Source of the DNA: Escherichia coli
GTDB lineage: Bacteria > Pseudomonadota > Gammaproteobacteria > Enterobacterales > Enterobacteriaceae
NCBI RefSeq assembly: GCF_044324875.1
Contig: NZ_CP172185.1
Length of the DNA: 64,000 nucleotides
Strand: one strand, 5' to 3'
Within the stretch, counting starts at the first letter, position 1. Each line of letters begins with the position of its first letter. Shown piece by piece: positions 10,919-21,659 of the stretch. The notes below the pieces were generated by a model. That model had not been told where the DNA came from. It searched no databases and worked only from the letters and a program-made list of their open reading frames with translations. The position numbers and the translations under genes are program-made.

Positions 10919-12562
10919 ATGTTGAAGCGCCTACTAAAAAGACCCTCTTTGAATTTACTCGCCTGGCTATTGTTGGCCGCTTTTTATATCTCTATCTGCC
11001 TGAATATTGCCTTTTTTAAACAGGTGTTGCAGGCGCTGCCGCTGGACTCGCTGCATAACGTACTGGTTTTCTTGTCGATGCCGGTCGTCGCCTTCAGCGT
11101 GATTAATATTGTCCTGACACTAAGCTCTTTCTTATGGCTTAATCGACCGCTGGCCTGCCTGTTTATTCTGGTCGGCGCGGCTGCACAATATTTCATAATG
11201 ACTTACGGCATCGTCATCGACCGCTCGATGATTGCCAATATTATTGATACCACTCCGGCAGAAAGTTATGCGTTGATGACGCCGCAAATGTTATTAACGC
11301 TGGGATTCAGCGGCGTGCTTGCTGCGCTGATTGCCTGCTGGATTAAAATCAAACCTGCCACCTCGCACCTGCGCAGTGTTCTTTTCCGTGGAGCCAATAT
11401 TCTGGTGTCTGTACTGCTGATTTTGCTGGTCGCCGCACTGTTTTATAAAGACTACGCCTCATTGTTCCGCAACAACAAAGAGCTGGTGAAGTCCTTAAGC
11501 CCCTCTAACAGCATTGTTGCCAGCTGGTCATGGTACTCCCATCAGCGACTGGCAAATCTGCCGCTGGTGCGAATTGGTGAAGATGCGCACCGCAACCCAT
11601 TAATGCAGAACGAGACACGTAAAAATTTGACCATCCTGATTGTCGGCGAAACCTCGCGGGCGGAGAACTTCTCCCTCAATGGCTATCCGCGTGAAACTAA
11701 CCCGCGGCTGGCAAAAGATAACGTGGTCTATTTCCCTAATACCGCATCTTGCGGCACGGCAACGGCAGTTTCAGTACCGTGCATGTTCTCGGATATGCCG
11801 CGTGAGCACTACAAAGAAGAGCTGGCACAGCACCAGGAAGGCGTGCTGGATATCATTCAGCGAGCGGGCATCAACGTGCTGTGGAATGACAACGATGGCG
11901 GCTGTAAAGGTGCCTGCGACCGCGTGCCTCACCAGAACGTCACCGCGCTGAATCTGCCTGGTCAGTGCATCAACGGCGAATGCTATGACGAAGTGCTGTT
12001 CCACGGGCTGGAAGAGTACATCAATAACCTGCAGGGTGATGGCGTGATTGTCTTACACACCATCGGCAGCCACGGTCCGACCTATTACAACCGCTATCCG
12101 CCGCAGTTCAGGAAATTTACCCCAACCTGCGACACTAACGAGATCCAGACCTGTACCAAAGAGCAACTGGTGAACACTTACGACAACACGCTGGTTTACG
12201 TCGACTATATTGTTGATAAAGCGATTAATCTGCTGAAAGAACATCAGGATAAATTTACCACCAGCCTGGTTTATCTTTCTGACCACGGTGAGTCGTTAGG
12301 TGAAAATGGCATCTATCTGCACGGTCTGCCTTATGCCATCGCCCCGGATAGCCAAAAACAGGTGCCAATGCTGCTGTGGCTGTCGGAGGATTATCAAAAA
12401 CGGTATCAGGTTGACCAGAACTGCCTGCAAAAACAGGCGCAAACGCAACACTATTCACAAGATAATTTATTCTCCACGCTATTGGGATTAACTGGCGTTG
12501 AGACGAAGTATTACCAGGCTGCGGATGATATTCTGCAAACTTGCAGGAGAGTGAGTGAATGA
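10919..12562 (+). CDS. eptA: Lipid A phosphoethanolamine transferase
   Basis: 547 aa; N-terminal TM helices plus sulfatase-like periplasmic domain; start chosen at ATG 10919 ([12 protein letters not shown]...), ORF track begins upstream at an alternative codon. Stop overlaps basR start. Confidence 0.9.
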   Translation: MLKRLLKRPSLNLLAWLLLAAFYISICLNIAFFKQVLQALPLDSLHNVLVFLSMPVVAFSVINIVLTLSSFLWLNRPLACLFILVGAAAQYFIMTYGIVIDRSMIANIIDTTPAESYALMTPQMLLTLGFSGVLAALIACWIKIKPATSHLRSVLFRGANILVSVLLILLVAALFYKDYASLFRNNKELVKSLSPSNSIVASWSWYSHQRLANLPLVRIGEDAHRNPLMQNETRKNLTILIVGETSRAENFSLNGYPRETNPRLAKDNVVYFPNTASCGTATAVSVPCMFSDMPREHYKEELAQHQEGVLDIIQRAGINVLWNDNDGGCKGACDRVPHQNVTALNLPGQCINGECYDEVLFHGLEEYINNLQGDGVIVLHTIGSHGPTYYNRYPPQFRKFTPTCDTNEIQTCTKEQLVNTYDNTLVYVDYIVDKAINLLKEHQDKFTTSLVYLSDHGESLGENGIYLHGLPYAIAPDSQKQVPMLLWLSEDYQKRYQVDQNCLQKQAQTQHYSQDNLFSTLLGLTGVETKYYQAADDILQTCRRVSE

Positions 12563-13227
12563 AAATTCTGATTGTTGAAGACGATACGCTGTTATTGCAG
12601 GGATTGATTCTAGCGGCACAAACCGAAGGCTACGCGTGCGATGGCGTGACAACCGCGCGGATGGCGGAACAAAGCCTTGAGGCCGGTCATTACAGCCTGG
12701 TGGTACTGGATTTAGGGTTACCCGACGAAGATGGACTGCATTTTCTCGCCCGTATCCGGCAGAAAAAATACACCCTGCCGGTACTGATCCTCACCGCTCG
12801 CGATACGCTGACCGACAAAATCGCCGGGCTGGATGTCGGTGCCGATGACTATCTGGTGAAGCCTTTTGCGCTGGAAGAGTTACACGCCCGTATCCGCGCC
12901 CTGCTACGACGCCATAATAATCAGGGCGAAAGTGAGCTGATTGTTGGCAATCTGACGCTGAATATGGGTCGCCGTCAGGTATGGATGGGCGGTGAAGAGT
13001 TGATTCTGACGCCCAAAGAATATGCTCTGCTGTCACGGTTAATGCTCAAAGCAGGCAGTCCGGTGCATCGGGAAATTCTCTACAACGACATCTATAACTG
13101 GGACAATGAACCCTCGACCAACACCCTGGAAGTGCATATCCACAATCTGCGCGACAAAGTGGGCAAAGCCCGTATCCGCACCGTGCGCGGCTTTGGCTAT
13201 ATGCTGGTCGCGAATGAGGAAAACTAA
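12559..13227 (+). CDS. basR: Two-component response regulator (OmpR family)
   Basis: 222 aa; receiver domain MKILIVEDD...DLGLPDEDG and winged-helix C-terminus. Confidence 0.95.
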   Translation: MKILIVEDDTLLLQGLILAAQTEGYACDGVTTARMAEQSLEAGHYSLVVLDLGLPDEDGLHFLARIRQKKYTLPVLILTARDTLTDKIAGLDVGADDYLVKPFALEELHARIRALLRRHNNQGESELIVGNLTLNMGRRQVWMGGEELILTPKEYALLSRLMLKAGSPVHREILYNDIYNWDNEPSTNTLEVHIHNLRDKVGKARIRTVRGFGYMLVANEEN

Positions 13228-13236
13228 TTGAATCTG

Positions 13237-14328
13237 ATGCGTTTTCTGCGCCGACCAATATCGCTGCGCCAACGGCTGATATTGACCATTGGGGCCATTT
13301 TGTTGGTGTTTGAGCTGATCAGCGTCTTCTGGCTATGGCATGAAAGTACCGAGCAGATTCAGCTGTTTGAGCAGGCGCTACGCGACAATCGCAACAACGA
13401 TCGCCACATCATGCGTGAGATCCGCGAGGCGGTCGCCAGCCTGATCGTCCCCGGCGTCTTTATGGTCAGCCTGACGCTATTTATCTGCTATCAGGCGGTA
13501 CGCCGCATCACCCGGCCGCTGGCGGAGCTGCAAAAAGAGCTGGAAGCGCGCACCGCCGACAACTTAACGCCTATTGCCATTCACAGCGCCACCCTCGAAA
13601 TCGAAGCGGTGGTTTCGGCGTTGAACGATCTGGTCAGTCGCCTGACCAGCACGCTGGATAACGAAAGGTTGTTTACCGCTGACGTCGCGCACGAACTGCG
13701 AACGCCACTGGCGGGGGTGCGTTTGCATCTGGAACTGCTGGCGAAAACGCATCACATTGATGTAGCACCGTTAGTGGCTCGACTTGATCAGATGATGGAG
13801 AGTGTCTCCCAGCTGCTGCAACTGGCGCGTGCCGGACAGTCATTTTCTTCCGGGAATTATCAACATGTAAAACTGCTGGAAGATGTCATTCTCCCCTCGT
13901 ATGACGAACTCAGTACCATGCTCGACCAGCGACAGCAAACCCTGCTATTGCCAGAGAGCGCCGCCGACATCACCGTTCAGGGTGATGCAACCCTGCTGCG
14001 GATGTTATTGCGAAACCTGGTAGAAAACGCCCATCGTTACAGCCCGCAAGGCAGCAACATTATGATTAAGCTGCAAGAAGATGGCGGAGCGGTCATGGCC
14101 GTTGAAGATGAAGGACCGGGTATTGATGAGAGTAAATGCGGGGAGTTGAGTAAAGCGTTTGTACGTATGGACAGCCGTTATGGCGGGATTGGTCTGGGGT
14201 TAAGTATTGTCAGCCGCATTACACAGTTGCATCACGGGCAGTTTTTCCTGCAAAACCGGCAAGAGACTTCCGGCACGCGGGCCTGGGTACGGCTGAAGAA
14301 AGATCAGTACGTGGCAAACCAGATATAA
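13237..14328 (+). CDS. basS: Sensor histidine kinase
   Basis: H-box AHELRTPL and ATPase domain motifs; start set at ATG 13237 (MRFLRRP...); ORF track starts at TTG 13228. Confidence 0.9.
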   Translation: MRFLRRPISLRQRLILTIGAILLVFELISVFWLWHESTEQIQLFEQALRDNRNNDRHIMREIREAVASLIVPGVFMVSLTLFICYQAVRRITRPLAELQKELEARTADNLTPIAIHSATLEIEAVVSALNDLVSRLTSTLDNERLFTADVAHELRTPLAGVRLHLELLAKTHHIDVAPLVARLDQMMESVSQLLQLARAGQSFSSGNYQHVKLLEDVILPSYDELSTMLDQRQQTLLLPESAADITVQGDATLLRMLLRNLVENAHRYSPQGSNIMIKLQEDGGAVMAVEDEGPGIDESKCGELSKAFVRMDSRYGGIGLGLSIVSRITQLHHGQFFLQNRQETSGTRAWVRLKKDQYVANQI

Positions 14329-14393
14329 AGAAAGCTGCTGACCACCAGCACGCTGAACACGGTAGTTAAACTTTCATAAACACGGTTTTTCAT
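14304..14393 (-). CDS. pmrR: Small membrane protein PmrR (29 aa), overlapping the 3' end of basS on the opposite strand
   Basis: Minus-strand ATG at 14393 with GGAGGA RBS 8 bp upstream; translation MKNRVYESLTTVFSVLVVSSFLYIWFATY; absent from the ORF track because of its size. Confidence 0.75.
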   Translation of the reverse strand: MKNRVYESLTTVFSVLVVSSFLYIWFATY

Positions 14394-14437
14394 TGCACTC
14401 TCCTCCGTTAACCTGGAGGAGAGTATGCGCGTCAGAG

Positions 14438-14453
14438 ATTAAGTGAACCTTAA
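14438..14453 (-). promoter_or_regulatory. Candidate BasR/PmrA box for pmrR
   Basis: Minus-strand CTTAAG-gttca-CTTAAT about 45 bp upstream of the pmrR start. Confidence 0.45.
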
Positions 14454-14504
14454 GACTTCAATTGGCCTGATAAGACAGCGTCACATCAGGCCATCCGTTT
14501 CAGC

Positions 14505-16007
14505 TTATTCATCAATTCGCGGATGTTGCTGCACCAGGCGAGTACGTTTCGCCTGCAAATCGGCAATCTCGTGGTCAATATCATCGATTTTCTGCTCGAT
14601 ATTATCGTAATGCTCGACGAGAATTTCCTTCGCTTCCTGTATATCTGACGCCGCCGGTGTCGCACCTTTCAACGGACGATTCGCCGTCTCTTTCATGGTT
14701 ACGCCGGTGATTAAACCAACCACCGCCACTACCATCAGGTAATAGGCAGGCATCATCAAATTCTGCGAGCTTTCGACCAGCCAGGCCGCCAGCGTTGGCG
14801 TCAGACCGGCAACCAGCACCGAAATATTAAATGCCGCCGCCAGCGCGCTGTAACGGATATGCGTCGGGAACATCGCTGGCAAGGTAGAGGCCATAACGCC
14901 CGTAAAGCAGTTAAGGATCACCGCCAGCATCAGTAACCCGGCAAAAATCAGGCCGATGACGTTACTGTTAATCAGAATAAACGCCGGGATCGCCAACACA
15001 AACAGTGCAACACTACCAAGTAGCACAAACGGACGACGGCCAAAACGGTCACTCAGCAAGCCCATCACCGGCTGGACAAACAGCATACCGATCATAATGG
15101 CGATAATAATCAGCACCCCGTGGTCTTCGGAGTAATGCAGGTTATGCGACAAATAACTCGGCATATAGGTCAGCAACATGTAGTAAGTCACGTTGGTGGC
15201 AATTACCAGACCAATACATGTCAACAGGCTGCGCCAGTATTTAGTGGCAATCTCTTTAAACGAGACTTTCGGGCCATCCTGCAAACCTTCGCGGTCGCCC
15301 TGCTCCAGTTTATCAACATGCTGCTGGAACGCCGGAGTCTCTTCCAGCGCATGGCGCAGGTAAAGCCCGATAATCCCTAACGGCAGAGCAATAAAGAACG
15401 GAATACGCCAGCCCCAGTCGAGGAAGTTCGCTTCGCCGACAATGGTCGAAATTAACACCACCACGCCCGCACCCAGCACAAACCCGGCAATAGAACCGAA
15501 GTCCAGCCAGCTGCCCATAAATCCACGTTTACGGTCAGGGGAGTATTCCGCAACAAATATCGACGCCCCGGTATATTCACCGCCGACCGAGAAACCTTGT
15601 GCCATCTTACAGATCAACAGCAGAATCGGTGCCCAAATACCAATCGTGTCGTAGGACGGTATTAAGCCAATACAGAAGGTACTGATCGACATAATCACAA
15701 TAGTGATAGCGAGGATCTTCTGGCGACCATATTTATCGCCCAACATACCAAAGAAGAGTCCACCAAGCGGTCGAATCAGAAAGGGAACGGAGAAAGTGGC
15801 AAGTGCAGCAACCATCTGCACGCTGGGGTCAGCCCCCGGGAAAAAAACTTTACCTAATGCGTAAGCAACAAAACCATAAACACCAAAATCGAACCATTCC
15901 ATTGCATTACCCAGTGATGCTGCGGTAATGGCTTTACGCAATTTACCGTCATCAATAATGGTGACATCACGAAGGGTAATCGGTTTTACTTTTTTCCTTT
16001 TCAGCAT
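14505..16007 (-). CDS. proP: Proline/glycine betaine:H+ symporter (MFS) with C-terminal coiled coil
   Basis: 500 aa; MFS transporter with coiled-coil tail (…DIDHEIADLQAKRTRLVQQ…); start set at MLKRKKVKPITL. Confidence 0.95.
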   Translation of the reverse strand: MLKRKKVKPITLRDVTIIDDGKLRKAITAASLGNAMEWFDFGVYGFVAYALGKVFFPGADPSVQMVAALATFSVPFLIRPLGGLFFGMLGDKYGRQKILAITIVIMSISTFCIGLIPSYDTIGIWAPILLLICKMAQGFSVGGEYTGASIFVAEYSPDRKRGFMGSWLDFGSIAGFVLGAGVVVLISTIVGEANFLDWGWRIPFFIALPLGIIGLYLRHALEETPAFQQHVDKLEQGDREGLQDGPKVSFKEIATKYWRSLLTCIGLVIATNVTYYMLLTYMPSYLSHNLHYSEDHGVLIIIAIMIGMLFVQPVMGLLSDRFGRRPFVLLGSVALFVLAIPAFILINSNVIGLIFAGLLMLAVILNCFTGVMASTLPAMFPTHIRYSALAAAFNISVLVAGLTPTLAAWLVESSQNLMMPAYYLMVVAVVGLITGVTMKETANRPLKGATPAASDIQEAKEILVEHYDNIEQKIDDIDHEIADLQAKRTRLVQQHPRIDE

Positions 16008-16040
16008 AGCTTTCCTCGCAGAGTTGGCCCATTTCCGCAA

Positions 16041-16270
16041 ACGCCAGAAAAATCAGCGCGACGGCCGCAAAAGGGGAGCGGGAATTGCAGGATGCAATCT
16101 CTGTAACAAGCGTAGCGGGTTTGCTTACACCCTCCGGTTAAGGAATGTACAATCAAACCAGTTGACGCCTGAATTGGGCAGTTAATGACCTTTTTACCCT
16201 ACCAGTGTTTAAATTTGTGATCAACTTCACATATGGATTTCGTTTAGGACTCATTGATGTAACTGATTAT
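16041..16270. promoter_or_regulatory. proP promoter region
   Basis: Non-coding region upstream of proP on the minus strand; individual sites not mapped. Confidence 0.4.
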
Positions 16271-17149
16271 TTACACCAAATTTACAGAGAAGATTTCCTC
16301 GACCATTGCCCCCGCCAGACGCTGCGCTGAACAGAGTCGTGGCATCCCCAGCGCGACAGTTTGCCAGCGTTGGGTCACTGACCAGCAAACGGGTTGTTTA
16401 TCTACCGTGGTCCACTTTCCCAGCCAACTTAAAAAATCAGCATGATCCCCGCCCGTCGGAACGGTCGAAGAGGCAAACCACTGATGGTAATAGTGACGCG
16501 TGGTCGGGGCCGCATTGATACTCTCTGCCAGATGTTGTGTCGCTTTCACGCGCAAATCACCCAGCAACAACGCCACCGCTTGCGGGCTTCCCAGACGGCA
16601 GGCATCGCCAAATGCCCCCCAGCGCAACTCCTCCAGAACGATAAAACAGCGCCCAGGCAACGACCAGGCGTTATACGCCCCAGCACGCCAGCGGGTAAAA
16701 ATTTGCTCGCTCTGTTCACCCGCCTGCACCAGTAGGCCTCGTTGCGTTAACGCCTTTTCCTTCCAGCGACAACGGGCTGAAAACCACTCATACAAGGCGG
16801 CAATTTGCTGGGGGAGCTCCGGGAAAGCAGAGTGCTGGCGGTGATCCATTTTTTGCAGCAGCGCCAGATGCTGCGCGATCTGCGTCAGTGCCAGATGACC
16901 GGGATCCAGCATCGACGCCAGTTTTTCAACCAATGTCAGACGCAGGCTAAGCGGCGCATTTAACATCCCGCCGTTCGTCCATGCCTGAAGCTGCACACGC
17001 GCAAGAAGTTCCTGCATCAGTCGTTCACGAAACTGCTGCTGATGGGCTTGTGGATGGCGGGCATCATCGCCCTGCGCCAGATCCACTAAAAAGCGCGGAT
17101 GAACCGACTCCAGCACGCGACCGGGGCCGTCAAGTAACGTCTTGGTCAA
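16271..17149 (-). CDS. yjcZ: Uncharacterised protein YjcZ
   Basis: 292 aa ORF directly downstream of and overlapping crfC (ATGA-type overlap region), forming a two-gene operon. Confidence 0.85.
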   Translation of the reverse strand: MTKTLLDGPGRVLESVHPRFLVDLAQGDDARHPQAHQQQFRERLMQELLARVQLQAWTNGGMLNAPLSLRLTLVEKLASMLDPGHLALTQIAQHLALLQKMDHRQHSAFPELPQQIAALYEWFSARCRWKEKALTQRGLLVQAGEQSEQIFTRWRAGAYNAWSLPGRCFIVLEELRWGAFGDACRLGSPQAVALLLGDLRVKATQHLAESINAAPTTRHYYHQWFASSTVPTGGDHADFLSWLGKWTTVDKQPVCWSVTQRWQTVALGMPRLCSAQRLAGAMVEEIFSVNLV

Positions 17150-19374
17150 TATCGTTCTGCCGTGAAAAGTGTTTGAATATCATCGCGTAACAGCTGAGCG
17201 TCGGTATAAATCCAGCTGTGAGTCATCACAGTCTGCTGCAATTGCTGCTGCATCAGCCTGACCACCGATTCATTTTGTTGACGCAGAGCCAGGCTTTCGC
17301 GTAAACGCGTCTGTAATTCCGTCAAACATGAAGCGAACTCAGCGAAAAAAGTATTCATGCCTGCCGTAACAGATTCATCGACCTGCTCTGCCAGAACTTT
17401 AGCCATTTGTTGGCAATAAAGATCGACTTCTGCGCTTAATGCTCGTTGCAACACACTGTAATCAACCGTCTCTGTCGGGGATTTCTCATTTCCCCGTCCC
17501 CAGTCGGGCTGATTCAACCAGCGCGAAAAAGTCTCACGCACAACGCCTAAACGCGTGCTCTGCTCGTCCGTTGCTTCCTGGCGCGAAATGACTTCACTGA
17601 ACAGCTGGCGAGTGTTGAAGTGGGGAACTGCGCCGTGAAAAACAGGAAAATGAAACCCAGGACGAAACCCTGACTCGCTCAATTCCATTTTGATTTGTTG
17701 CTCAATGGGGCGAATAACATCGGTTAACACCCGGCAAAGGGTGGATTCCAGCTCGGCAAAACGCAGCGTAAAGTCGCGACTAATGGTGTTCTGCGCCGTC
17801 TGTAACAGTGTCTCACAGCGGGTACGAATCTCGCTTAACGGCTCCGAATCATCCTGAAACAAGGCGGCTAACTGCGCATTCAGCGCATCTTGCTGTTGAC
17901 GCAGAAAGTGGTTGGCGGAGGTCAGGGCCAGCTCGATTTCATGTTTAATCTCGCCGCTCACCTGCGCCTGATTGAGTTGCAATAGCTGCAAACTTTCTTC
18001 GATCTGATGGATATTTTGCCGCAATTGTTCACAAGCGACGTTTAACCCGTGCGCACGAAAATCCAGGTATTCCCGCGCCTGCTGCGCGTAATTCAACAGT
18101 TTATGCGCGGCAGATCGCAGAGCATACAACGAGGCGTTAGCGTAAGCGGCATGAAGCAACGCCTGAATTGGCTGGGCGAACAGCGAATCTTCCCACAACT
18201 GATCGGCAGCATGACGAATATGTTCGAGGTCAGCCAGATCGGCATGACGCCAGCGCCTGCCGAGCGCGGCATGGGCAAAATCTTCCACCCAGCGTTGTTG
18301 CTCTGGCGGTGGTAACTTACCGTTGTTGGCTAACTCATGGCGCGCCCGATTCGCCAGGTAGCCCCACATCGACGACACCGGAAATATCTGCTGTGGCGTA
18401 ATACAGCCTTTCATCAGCGTCCCGGAAATCAGTGCCCGCACCTGGTCGGCGTCGTCACTGTTACGATCCTGTTGATCGAACTTATTGACCAGCACATACA
18501 GCGGCACCGATTGCCCCACCGCCAAAATCGCCTCACGGACCTCTTCATCGGAGATCGATTTCAGTTGCGTATAATCCAGCACTGCCAGTACCGCCGAGGC
18601 GCGTGCCAGCTGCTGGTTAAGCATTTTTTGCAGATGCGGTTGCCCGGCTTCATTTGGCCCGGGGGTATCCAGTAACGTCAACTGACCGGGATAACTCTCC
18701 AGCCCCGCCAGATGGACAAACTCCACTTCAATCACGGGAATATGCTCAATGGCGGCGTAAGCAGAAAAAGGAAAATCGACGTCCAGCGCCTTCGCCAGTC
18801 GCACCAAATCATTCAAACTTTTCAGACAATGAAAAATAGGCTGGGCACCCAGATAATATTTTTCGAAAGCGACGCCATTTTCGATCCGCTGCATAAGCGC
18901 ACGCATATCTTTATCTATTTCCAGCACATCGGTCAGATGCTTAATATCGCAATCACGCAGGCGCTGTTGTAATTTTTGAATTAAACAATCGATTGGCGCG
19001 ACATGTGAAAAATGCAGTACCGGTTCCTTTTGCCCGGGCGTATGGCGAATAAGCGTCGGCAGCGCAGTCATTGGGCGATTACGATTAGGCAAAACCTCCG
19101 TACCAACAATGGCATTAATGGTGGTTGATTTCCCTGCTTTCATGGTACCGACAATCGCCAGCACCATTTCCAGTCGGGAAATTTTACGCAACTCATTATT
19201 CAGCATCGCGTGACGTTCGGCGATATTAGGCTGACTCCAGGGTAAAGCCAGTTGTGGCGCATCGTCTCCGGGGACAGAGAGAGGCATTTTTTCCAGTAAC
19301 TGCAACTGTTGGCGAGAAAGCTGTAACAGGCGTTCAGCCTCCTGACTTAACTCATACAGGGTCTGTGTGTACAT
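17146..19374 (-). CDS. crfC: Dynamin-like GTPase (CrfC/YjdA)
   Basis: 742 aa; P-loop GTMKAGKST, long coiled-coil-rich C-terminal region. Confidence 0.85.
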   Translation of the reverse strand: MYTQTLYELSQEAERLLQLSRQQLQLLEKMPLSVPGDDAPQLALPWSQPNIAERHAMLNNELRKISRLEMVLAIVGTMKAGKSTTINAIVGTEVLPNRNRPMTALPTLIRHTPGQKEPVLHFSHVAPIDCLIQKLQQRLRDCDIKHLTDVLEIDKDMRALMQRIENGVAFEKYYLGAQPIFHCLKSLNDLVRLAKALDVDFPFSAYAAIEHIPVIEVEFVHLAGLESYPGQLTLLDTPGPNEAGQPHLQKMLNQQLARASAVLAVLDYTQLKSISDEEVREAILAVGQSVPLYVLVNKFDQQDRNSDDADQVRALISGTLMKGCITPQQIFPVSSMWGYLANRARHELANNGKLPPPEQQRWVEDFAHAALGRRWRHADLADLEHIRHAADQLWEDSLFAQPIQALLHAAYANASLYALRSAAHKLLNYAQQAREYLDFRAHGLNVACEQLRQNIHQIEESLQLLQLNQAQVSGEIKHEIELALTSANHFLRQQQDALNAQLAALFQDDSEPLSEIRTRCETLLQTAQNTISRDFTLRFAELESTLCRVLTDVIRPIEQQIKMELSESGFRPGFHFPVFHGAVPHFNTRQLFSEVISRQEATDEQSTRLGVVRETFSRWLNQPDWGRGNEKSPTETVDYSVLQRALSAEVDLYCQQMAKVLAEQVDESVTAGMNTFFAEFASCLTELQTRLRESLALRQQNESVVRLMQQQLQQTVMTHSWIYTDAQLLRDDIQTLFTAERY

Positions 19375-19775
19375 AGAAAATTCTTCCTTAAAGCAAATTT
19401 TGTTACTTTTATTTAGCCAGATTGTTTTTGAGTTCTGTTTTCGGCTTTTATAATTACTGCAAGAAATAATTTTATATTTAGCGTGTTGTTTTTTATTAGA
19501 ATAAATAACGTCTTCCGATACGTTTAAAACGTCAGAAAGATAAAAATATCATTTGAATTAAAAAAAGAACAAGTAGAGCATTAACCTTATCTTAAATAAT
19601 AAATGGAGGCAAAAAGATTATTTTCTTTTTGCGTTTCCTTTCAAATGAAAACGATCGTCGTCTAAAATCAGCAGTACCCCCGACAAACTCAGGGATTTTG
19701 TGTATAATTGCGGCCTTTTTCGGCAATCTGCCGTTTTTTGGCGCTTTTGCCCTGCTGACTTTTGAGGAAATCCAC

Positions 19776-20111
19776 ATGTCATTACCACACTGCCCAAAAT
19801 GCAACTCCGAATACACCTACGAAGATAACGGCATGTACATCTGCCCGGAATGTGCCTACGAATGGAACGACGCAGAACCTGCACAGGAAAGCGACGAGCT
19901 GATCGTTAAAGATGCTAACGGCAATCTGCTGGCTGACGGCGACAGCGTTACCATCATTAAAGATCTGAAGGTGAAAGGTAGCTCTTCGATGCTGAAAATT
20001 GGCACCAAAGTGAAAAACATCCGCCTGGTTGAAGGCGACCATAACATCGATTGCAAAATCGACGGTTTTGGTCCGATGAAACTGAAATCTGAGTTTGTGA
20101 AAAAGAACTGA
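19776..20111 (+). CDS. phnA: PhnA-family zinc-ribbon protein
   Basis: 111 aa starting [30 protein letters not shown] (two CxxC pairs); ORF track's 160 aa version is an upstream extension. Confidence 0.9.
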
Positions 20112-20126
20112 TTGTATTGTGATCGG

Positions 20127-20215
20127 TAAGCCGGATAAGGCGCTCGCGCCGCATCCGGCAACGATGCCGACAGCCTGATGCGACGCTGACCGCGTCTTAT
20201 CAGGCTTCCCTCTCA
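20127..20215. repeat. BIME-type REP cluster between phnA and phnB
   Basis: Two inverted REP-like units (gccggataaggcgc… / …gcgtcttatcaggc). Confidence 0.6.
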
Positions 20216-20270
20216 TCTGTATAAATTTCGAACTACACTTAACTGGCTTCTCTTAACTGAGGTCACCATC

Positions 20271-20714
20271 ATGCCGTTAAGTCCCTACCTCTCTTTTGCC
20301 GGTAACTGTGCCGACGCAATTGCTTATTATCAACGTACGTTGGGCGCTGAACTGCTCTATAAAATCAGCTTCGGCGAAATGCCAAAATCAGCGCAGGACA
20401 GCGCCGAGAACTGCCCTTCCGGAATGCAATTTCCCGATACCGCCATCGCCCACGCCAATGTGCGCATTGCCGGAAGCGATATCATGATGAGCGATGCTAT
20501 ACCGTCAGGAAAAGCCAGCTACTCCGGCTTTACGCTGGTGCTCGATTCGCAACAGGTCGAAGAAGGAAAACGCTGGTTTGACAACCTTGCCGCTAACGGA
20601 AAAATCGAAATGGCCTGGCAGGAAACTTTCTGGGCGCATGGCTTCGGCAAAGTCACCGATAAATTTGGCGTACCGTGGATGATTAATGTCGTCAAACAAC
20701 AACCAACGCAATAA
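20271..20714 (+). CDS. phnB: PhnB, glyoxalase/VOC-fold protein
   Basis: 147 aa, recognised PhnB sequence (MPLSPYLSFAGNCADAIAYYQ…). Confidence 0.9.
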   Translation: MPLSPYLSFAGNCADAIAYYQRTLGAELLYKISFGEMPKSAQDSAENCPSGMQFPDTAIAHANVRIAGSDIMMSDAIPSGKASYSGFTLVLDSQQVEEGKRWFDNLAANGKIEMAWQETFWAHGFGKVTDKFGVPWMINVVKQQPTQ

Positions 20715-20769
20715 TCCGCCGGGAGGCCCGCCCTCCCGCACTGTCATCGAATTCCCGTTAACTCTTCAT

Positions 20770-20804
20770 CTGTTAGTCACTTTTAATTAACCAAATCGTC
20801 ACAA
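20770..20804 (+). promoter_or_regulatory. Candidate Pho box (PhoB binding) of the phnC promoter
   Basis: 11-bp periodic repeats tTAGTCAC tttt aATTAAC caaa TCGTCAC about 45-75 bp upstream of phnC, resembling the CTGTCAT-N4-CTGTCAT consensus; exact boundaries uncertain. Confidence 0.45.
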
Positions 20805-20846
20805 TAATCCGCCACGATGGAGCCACTTTTTTAGGGAGGCTGCATC

Positions 20847-21635
20847 ATGCAAACGATTATCCGTGTCGAGAAGCTCGCCAAAACCTTCAATCAGCATCAG
20901 GCGCTGCACGCGGTTGATCTGAACATTCATCACGGTGAAATGGTGGCTCTGCTTGGGCCGTCGGGTTCCGGCAAATCCACCCTTTTACGTCACTTAAGCG
21001 GTTTGATTACCGGCGATAAATCTGCCGGTAGCCATATTGAGCTGCTGGGCCGCACAGTCCAGCGCGAAGGCCGCCTGGCCCGCGATATCCGCAAAAGCCG
21101 CGCCAACACCGGCTACATCTTCCAACAATTCAACCTGGTGAATCGCCTGAGCGTACTGGAGAACGTGCTGATTGGCGCGCTCGGCAGCACGCCATTCTGG
21201 CGCACCTGTTTTAGCTACTTCACTCGCGAGCAGAAACAGCGCGCGTTACAGGCGCTGACCCGCGTTGGCATGGTGCACTTTGCCCATCAGCGCGTTTCCA
21301 CCCTCTCCGGCGGACAGCAGCAGCGTGTGGCGATTGCCCGTGCGCTGATGCAGCAGGCGAAGGTGATTCTGGCCGATGAACCCATCGCCTCGCTGGACCC
21401 GGAATCGGCGCGCATCGTGATGGACACCCTGCGCGACATTAACCAGAACGACGGCATTACCGTGGTCGTCACGCTGCATCAGGTGGATTACGCCCTGCGC
21501 TACTGCGAACGCATCGTCGCCCTGCGCCAGGGGCACGTCTTCTACGACGGCAGCAGCCAACAGTTTGATAACGAACGTTTTGACCATCTCTACCGCAGCA
21601 TCAACCGCGTCGAAGAAAACGCGAAAGCTGCCTGA
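20847..21635 (+). CDS. phnC: Phosphonate ABC transporter ATPase
   Basis: Walker [13 protein letters not shown] signature [15 protein letters not shown]. Confidence 0.95.
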   Translation: MQTIIRVEKLAKTFNQHQALHAVDLNIHHGEMVALLGPSGSGKSTLLRHLSGLITGDKSAGSHIELLGRTVQREGRLARDIRKSRANTGYIFQQFNLVNRLSVLENVLIGALGSTPFWRTCFSYFTREQKQRALQALTRVGMVHFAHQRVSTLSGGQQQRVAIARALMQQAKVILADEPIASLDPESARIVMDTLRDINQNDGITVVVTLHQVDYALRYCERIVALRQGHVFYDGSSQQFDNERFDHLYRSINRVEENAKAA

Positions 21636-21659
21636 CATCCCCATCATTGAGGAAAACGA

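Noticed and set aside
19375-19775. Possible mobile element remnant or small gene in the 400-bp AT-rich crfC-phnA divergent spacer
   Set aside because: No inverted terminal repeats, no transposase-like frame; contains a plausible -10 hexamer (TATAAT at 19703-19708) and is best explained as divergent promoter DNA.
19629-20111. 160-aa version of phnA with a 49-residue N-terminal extension
   Set aside because: The extension is hydrophobic junk read from the promoter region; the recognisable PhnA protein starts at the internal ATG 19776, which has a better-placed RBS.
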